Assembly (NCBI RefSeq): GCF_004010195.1
Contig: NC_057756.1
Location: 37,553 to 91,788 of the forward strand
Direction of reading: 5' to 3'
Origin: Chiloscyllium plagiosum
Lineage: Eukaryota
Length of the DNA: 54,236 nucleotides
The translations under genes were made by a program, and so were the position numbers. Shown here in pieces: positions 49,269 to 54,236 of the stretch (the stretch's first letter is position 1; every line of letters starts with the position of its first letter). The notes under the pieces were generated by a model, which was not told the DNA's origin, made no database searches, and saw only the letters and a program-made list of their open reading frames with translations.

Positions 49269-49607
49269 CCTGAAGTTTGTCCATCCCAGTCCGACACCAG
49301 CACCTCCAAATCATGGCCATCAGCTTTATCATTTATAAGTCAGGGTTTAATAACTTTGTAACGAATGTCAATTCATATTGAGTGAGGCCACGTGCTCCTT
49401 CCTCTCCGCCAACCTGCTTGAGAAGACAGGAGATACTGGACGTGTTTTAAAATCTTTAATTTTTGTGACAACTGTGGGAATAGATTCCCAGTGAGGAGTG
49501 ACGCCCAAACTGAAAACAGAGTAAGGAACTTGGAGAGTTTGATGGAAGGGTCAGTGCAGAGAGGGCCAAATGGTGTGAGTTATCAATGGCAGTCTTCGTC
49601 TTTTCAG

Positions 49608-50510
49608 GTCATGGGATCGGGCTGACAATGAGCCACCATCACACAGCAAACAGGAGCAACATCCTGAAGTACTTTGAGTCAGCGCTGAGGGGATCACCCC
49701 GTGAGAAGGGCCGCCCCCCCTCGGCCGTCACGAACACGCGTCCTGCACCAGGACAGACCTGCAACGCGGCCGTCAAAGTGAAGCGCAGGAAGACGCGGCG
49801 AGAGCTGAACCGTGCCAAGTTTGGCCGGGACCTTGACGAGAAGCCACCTCGACGCAAACCCTGGGCTCAGCGAGCGGGCAAAGCCAGCGGGTGTCACTGC
49901 CAGCGGGTCAGGGCTGAGCCGGGGGCTGCTGCCAAACCCTCCGCCTGTTCCAGTTGGGTGATCACCCAGAACCGCCTCACCCAGCGGCACCTGGGCATCT
50001 TCAACAAGGAGGTCAAGTCTGTCGCCGCCGAGAGGCTCCCCCTGAGCGACGGGCAAGGTGATGCCGGAGAGCCTGCACCCCAAACTGCCAAGGACGCCTC
50101 GCTGGGCGGCACACCTCTGCCAGGGAAGGAAGTCACCCCGCTGCCGGCCCCCGTGGAGGAACCGAGGTCCCCGACACCAGAGCCAGCGAGGAAGGGGTGC
50201 CAACCGACAGTCACACACCGACCCCCCGCACCCGTCGACGAGGTGGCACAGAAGCTCCTCCGGGCCCTGGGCACCCAGCGGGCATTCCCAGGTCAGACCC
50301 TGGTGCGGCAGACGCAGCAGCAGCTGCTGGAGCTCCTGGTCAAGAGGCATGGACGCTGGGCAACGAGGCTGCTGGAGGGCAACACTTCTGCCACCAACGC
50401 CCCAGAGATACCATGTAAGAGCAGCCCCTCGCAAATCAGTGTGACCCCCTCCGCCCCCATATTGCCCCCTTCACAGCTGATGGCACTGTCACACAGACAG
50501 ACAAAGGGAG
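49608..50510 (+). CDS. PRR19: Proline-rich protein 19 orthologue, first large coding exon
   Basis: Motifs VKRRKTRRELN, VITQNRLTQRHLGIFNKEVKS and AFPGQTLV...LVKRHG match human PRR19 motifs as I recall them ([39 protein letters not shown]...CHG). Acceptor TCTTTTCAG ends 49607; first in-exon in-frame ATG 49628; phase-1 donor GAG|GTAAAT at 50510 (alternative CAT|GTAAGA at 50414). Confidence 0.88.
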
Positions 50511-51359
50511 GTAAATGCCAAGGCGTAGCCTCGCATGTGGCTGCTATTCTGAACAGAGGTCCTGCAGTGCGGAAAGTGGTCATTCGGCCCATTGAGTCTG
50601 CACCGACCATCCGAAGGGCCGCCTGAGGCCCAGTCCCTCCTTTCAGCAGCAATCTATTTGCAGTTTTTCCAATCAGATTGCCAGAGTCCGCTGTCTGCAG
50701 TGGGATGGCTCTCCTCACTGGGCAGACCAGGCACAGCCCGGGGTGACGGATTCACAAAGCAGCCCCGCTCAGGCCATGACATGAGCCTGACCTTGCAGTC
50801 ACCCAGCGTTGCAAAGTCCTGCCTGGTGTTACTGTCCGCGGCTCACCGTACTGTGAGCCCAACAGTGAAGCCCAAAGCAAGCTGCCGAACCCAACTCCCC
50901 CTTTCCTCGCGGGCACTCTCCAGCCTCAGGACTCTACATGGCATTTAACAATTTCAGCGCGTAAGCCTGTTCTTGGTGCTGAATTCCCCCCCCCCCTCCG
51001 CCCCCACCATTTTGTCTGTCTAGTTTTGCTTTGATTTATTCTGCTGTTAACACCCACACCGTGTCCCTTCACTATAATCATCACCAGCCCCCTTCCCTTT
51101 CGTTCTGTGATCGTATTACTGTCGAATCTCCTGATGTTCTCTCTCTTTCTGATTTTGCTGCAAACTGACTGAACCCACTATGTCTTCTCAGGGCCACATT
51201 CAGGCACCGACCCACCTAAAGGGCACGTCATTGCCAGTAACACCTCACCTTCGGGGGACCAGCTAACACAGAAGACCTCCCTGGTCCGCAAGGAGCGGGA
51301 TTGTGAATTTCCTGTGCATTCAACACCACTGATGGTAACAGGACCTTTTGAAGGGAGAT

Positions 51360-52392
51360 GTCTGGGATTGGTGCTGGGTCCCCTTTTGTTTGTTATTTAT
51401 ATAAACGATTTAGATGAGAATACAGAAAATGGTAAGTAAGCTTGCAGACGGCACCAAAATTGGTGGCATAGTGGACAGTGAAGAAGGTTACCTCAGATTA
51501 CAACGCGATCTTGACCAATTGGGTCAATGGGCTGAGGAGTGGCAGATGGAGTTTAATTTGGATCAATGCGAGGTATTGCGTTTTGGTACAACAAACAAGG
51601 ATAGTAGTTAAAAGTAGGGCCCTGGATAGTGTTGTAGAACAGAACACGGAAACAGGCCCTTCTGACCATAATCCCAAACTAAACTAGTCCCACTTGCCTG
51701 TGCTTGGCCTCCAAACCCTTTCTCTCCATGTCCTTATCCCAATGTCATTTAAACATTGCAACTGTACCTAGGGGTTCAGCTATATCATTCTTTGAAGTTT
51801 GTGTCACATGTCGACAGGGTGGTGGAGAAGGTGTTCAGCACACTTGCCCTCATTACTCAGAGCTTTGAGTATAGGGGTTGGGAACATCATGTTGAGGTTG
51901 TACAGGACGTTGGTGAGGCCTCTTCTAGAATACTGTGTTCAGTTCTGGTCACCCTGTTACAGGAAGGATATTATGAAGCTGGAAATGGTTCACAGGAGAT
52001 TTATGAAGATGTTGCCGGGTCAGGAGAGTGTGCGTTAAAAGGAGAGGCTGGATAGGCTGTGACTCCCTTCACTGGAGCACAGGAGGCTGAGGTTTAGAAA
52101 ATCATGAGGTATATCGATAAGGTGAATGGTAGTTGTCTTTTCACTAAGAGTGGGGCATTTCAAGATTGGGAGCACATTTTTAAGGTGAGAGGAGAAAGAC
52201 ACTTTTTTTACACAGAGAGTAGTTCGTGTGTGAAATGAACTACGAGAGGAGGTGGTGGATGTAGGTACAGTTGCAATGTTTAAATGACATTGGGATAAGG
52301 ACATGGAGAGGCCAAGCACAGGCAAGTGGGACTAGTTTAGTTTGGGATTATGGTCAGAAGGGACTGTTTCTGTGTTGTCTGACTGTGTGACT
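51360..52392 (+). mobile_element. CR1 3' portion in the PRR19 intron with an internal inverted tail copy (51643-51770)
   Basis: ORFs 51414-51611 and 51799-52038 (LYRTLVRPLLEYCVQFWSP). Confidence 0.9.
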
Positions 52393-52487
52393 AGGTGGGG
52401 AGAGCTGTGACAGTCTCACTGTGTGATCTTACCCAATATCCTGCTGATAGTTACAGTCTGCTGAGAGCAAAGAAAAGTGAGAAAGAG

Positions 52488-52862
52488 GTGTGTGTGTCTG
52501 TCTGTGTCTGTGTGTGTGTGACTGCATGTCTGTCTGTCTGTGTGTGTGTGTGACTGCATGTGTGTCTGTCTGTCTCTGTGTGTGTGTGACTGTGTATCTG
52601 TGTGTGTGTCTGTGTNNNNNNNNNNNNNNNNNNNNNNNNNNNNNNNNNNNNNNNNNNNNNNNNNNNNNNNNNNNNNNNGACAGTGAGGGGTGTGGTGTAT
52701 ATCAGTGTGTTACAGTGATGCGTGTCTGTCTGTGTGTGTGAGACTGTATCTGTGTGTGTCTGTGTCTCTGTGTGTGTATGACTGCGTGTATGTCTGTCTG
52801 TGTGTGTGTCTGTGTCTATGTGTCTGTGTGTGTGTGACTGTGTATCTGTCTGTATGTGTGTG
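52488..52862. repeat. Compound (TG)n/(TGTC)n microsatellite spanning an N gap
   Basis: Directly visible. Confidence 0.95.
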
Positions 52863-52899
52863 GTAGTGTTATGTGTTGAGGTGTAGTTTTTTTCCCCAG

Positions 52900-53861
52900 C
52901 TCTCCTTATAGGGCAGGTTGTGAATCTGAGCAGTCAGCATCATCCTTTATTCCAGCTACTGTCTCTTCCTGAGTATGTCTGCCTCTCACTGACACCTTCC
53001 CTTTGGTTTGGTCCCCAGATGAATCACGTTTGGTATAGACAGCAGCAGAGCGACGGTTTCTCAGTATGTGTCCATGCTGCCACTGCCACAGCCTCTCCAG
53101 CCCCTTGTCTCCAGCAGGAAGTGACTGACGGAGCCACTCTGATCACTGCCTCTCAGGCCAGTCACCATCTCCTGAGGCCTAGGAGTCAGGTCCAGGAGAG
53201 GCCTACATCGCAGCACTGCGCCAGGCCTCAGCAAATGTGCTTTTGGGCAAACGCTGGGCCCTTGCAGACAGCCCGAGTGGGTGGTGCCATTTTTCCGAGC
53301 CCTGTCCTCTCCCCGAGCCGGTCAGAGAGCGCCTGGGATCTGCTGACCAGAGCAGTGAGCGGGATGGAGAGGAACTGTGGCCTGTCTCCGCTGCCACCAG
53401 CCGCCAGCACACCCGAAGGTCAGCTCTTCACTCTGGGGAAGGACAGCGGCTTCCGGGCGAGATGCTGGGAGGCCCGGGATGGACCAGGCCGCAGCCACTT
53501 TCCCAAACGGTTACAGGGCCCTACCACTGGCGATCCCGAGGGGCACAGGATCAGGGGTCTGCCCTTAGGAGACATTGGCAACTTGTACCGCCCACAGGTG
53601 TTGGAGGGGGCCACTGAGTCAGCCACCGGTACCAGGGGGCGCCAGTCCATCTGTGGCAGTGCCGGTCTGGACCCCTGGCTGTGGCCAGCTCAGGCCCAAG
53701 CAGGGGCTTTGCCGCTTCCCCTGGCCTTTTATTACCCACCGTCAGGGGCCTTGGAGTGGGCTGACTCTCCAGTGCCAGGCTGGGGCAGAGCCTCTCAGAC
53801 ACCCACCTGGAAGCCCACAAGCCCTGAGCCCTGGGTCTACCCCAGGATGAAGCTGTACTGA
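52900..53861 (+). CDS. PRR19: Proline-rich protein 19 orthologue, last coding exon
   Basis: Acceptor TTTTTTTCCCCAG ends 52899 (phase 1, compatible with both donors); open frame to TGA at 53859-53861; SAWDLL and C-terminal SPEPWVYPRMKLY match PRR19 TAFDLL and SPEAWSFPPMRLY as I recall them. Confidence 0.88.
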
Positions 53862-54135
53862 CCACTGACTGGGCAGGGGGCACTGCCTGGTCTGACCACT
53901 GCGTGGGGGGAGGGGAGGGTGCACTAACCACTGCCCAGGGTGGGTGGGGGGAGAGGTGGCACTGACCACCTACCAGCGAGGGGGCACTGCCCACACTGCC
54001 CGGGGTTGGGGGGGTGGTGGAGAGGGCATTGATGGCTGCCTGGGGGAGGGGAGCATTGATGGCTGTCGGAGGAAGAAGGTAGGGGAGGCGGAGAGGGAAC
54101 ACTGATGGCTGCCCGGGGGAGGGGGCACTGACAGC
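53862..54135 (+). repeat. G-rich degenerate tandem repeat in the PRR19 3' UTR
   Basis: Recurring GGGGG...GCACTG / CATTGATGGCTG units with many G4-G7 runs. Confidence 0.65.
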
Positions 54136-54236
54136 TCCCTGGAGATGGTGGGTTTGGTTATTATGTTACCTTTCCTTCACCCTCCCCCCCCCCGACCCCC
54201 CCAATCCTCCACCCCCCCCCTCCCAATCCCGCCCAG

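Noticed and set aside
49586..49607. ORF-track start MAVFVFS as the PRR19 N-terminus
   Set aside because: It overlaps a polypyrimidine tract and CAG acceptor, so it is most likely intronic.
49639..50948. Antisense and alternative-frame ORFs over and after PRR19 exon 2
   Set aside because: Expected shadows of GC-rich coding DNA, with no recognisable motifs.
53019..53117. Acceptors at 53018, 53114 and 53117 for the last PRR19 exon
   Set aside because: All are phase 0 and do not fit the phase-1 donors found.

Overview
Vertebrate genomic DNA from a cartilaginous fish (HE1 SINEs and HER1/CR1 LINEs point to a shark), with three N gaps (10302-10866, 28372-28871, 52616-52678). Most of the window is decayed, heavily nested retrotransposon sequence: CR1 LINEs, HE1 SINEs, Penelope-like elements, one RTE fragment, solo LTRs and a Tc1/mariner MITE. 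One host gene is recognisable: a PRR19 orthologue (meiotic crossover factor) on the + strand, with coding exons at about 49608-50510 and 52900-53861. A CpG-rich promoter at about 27170-27660 is built from tandem modules of a PBX/PREP site, an RFX X-box and a GC box. It ends in a splice donor that would join PRR19 exon 2 in frame across 22 kb. Other items worth a second look: a tRNA-like B-box/oligo-T unit beside that promoter, several minimal hammerhead-ribozyme motifs in Penelope-derived repeats, a non-autonomous element carrying a ~1 kb CCAAT-rich minisatellite, a compact hairpin/pseudoknot cluster at 15.1 kb, and an inverted CR1-tail duplication in the PRR19 intron. No prokaryotic-type system (CRISPR, retron, operon) is supported. 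Repeat boundaries are by-eye estimates.
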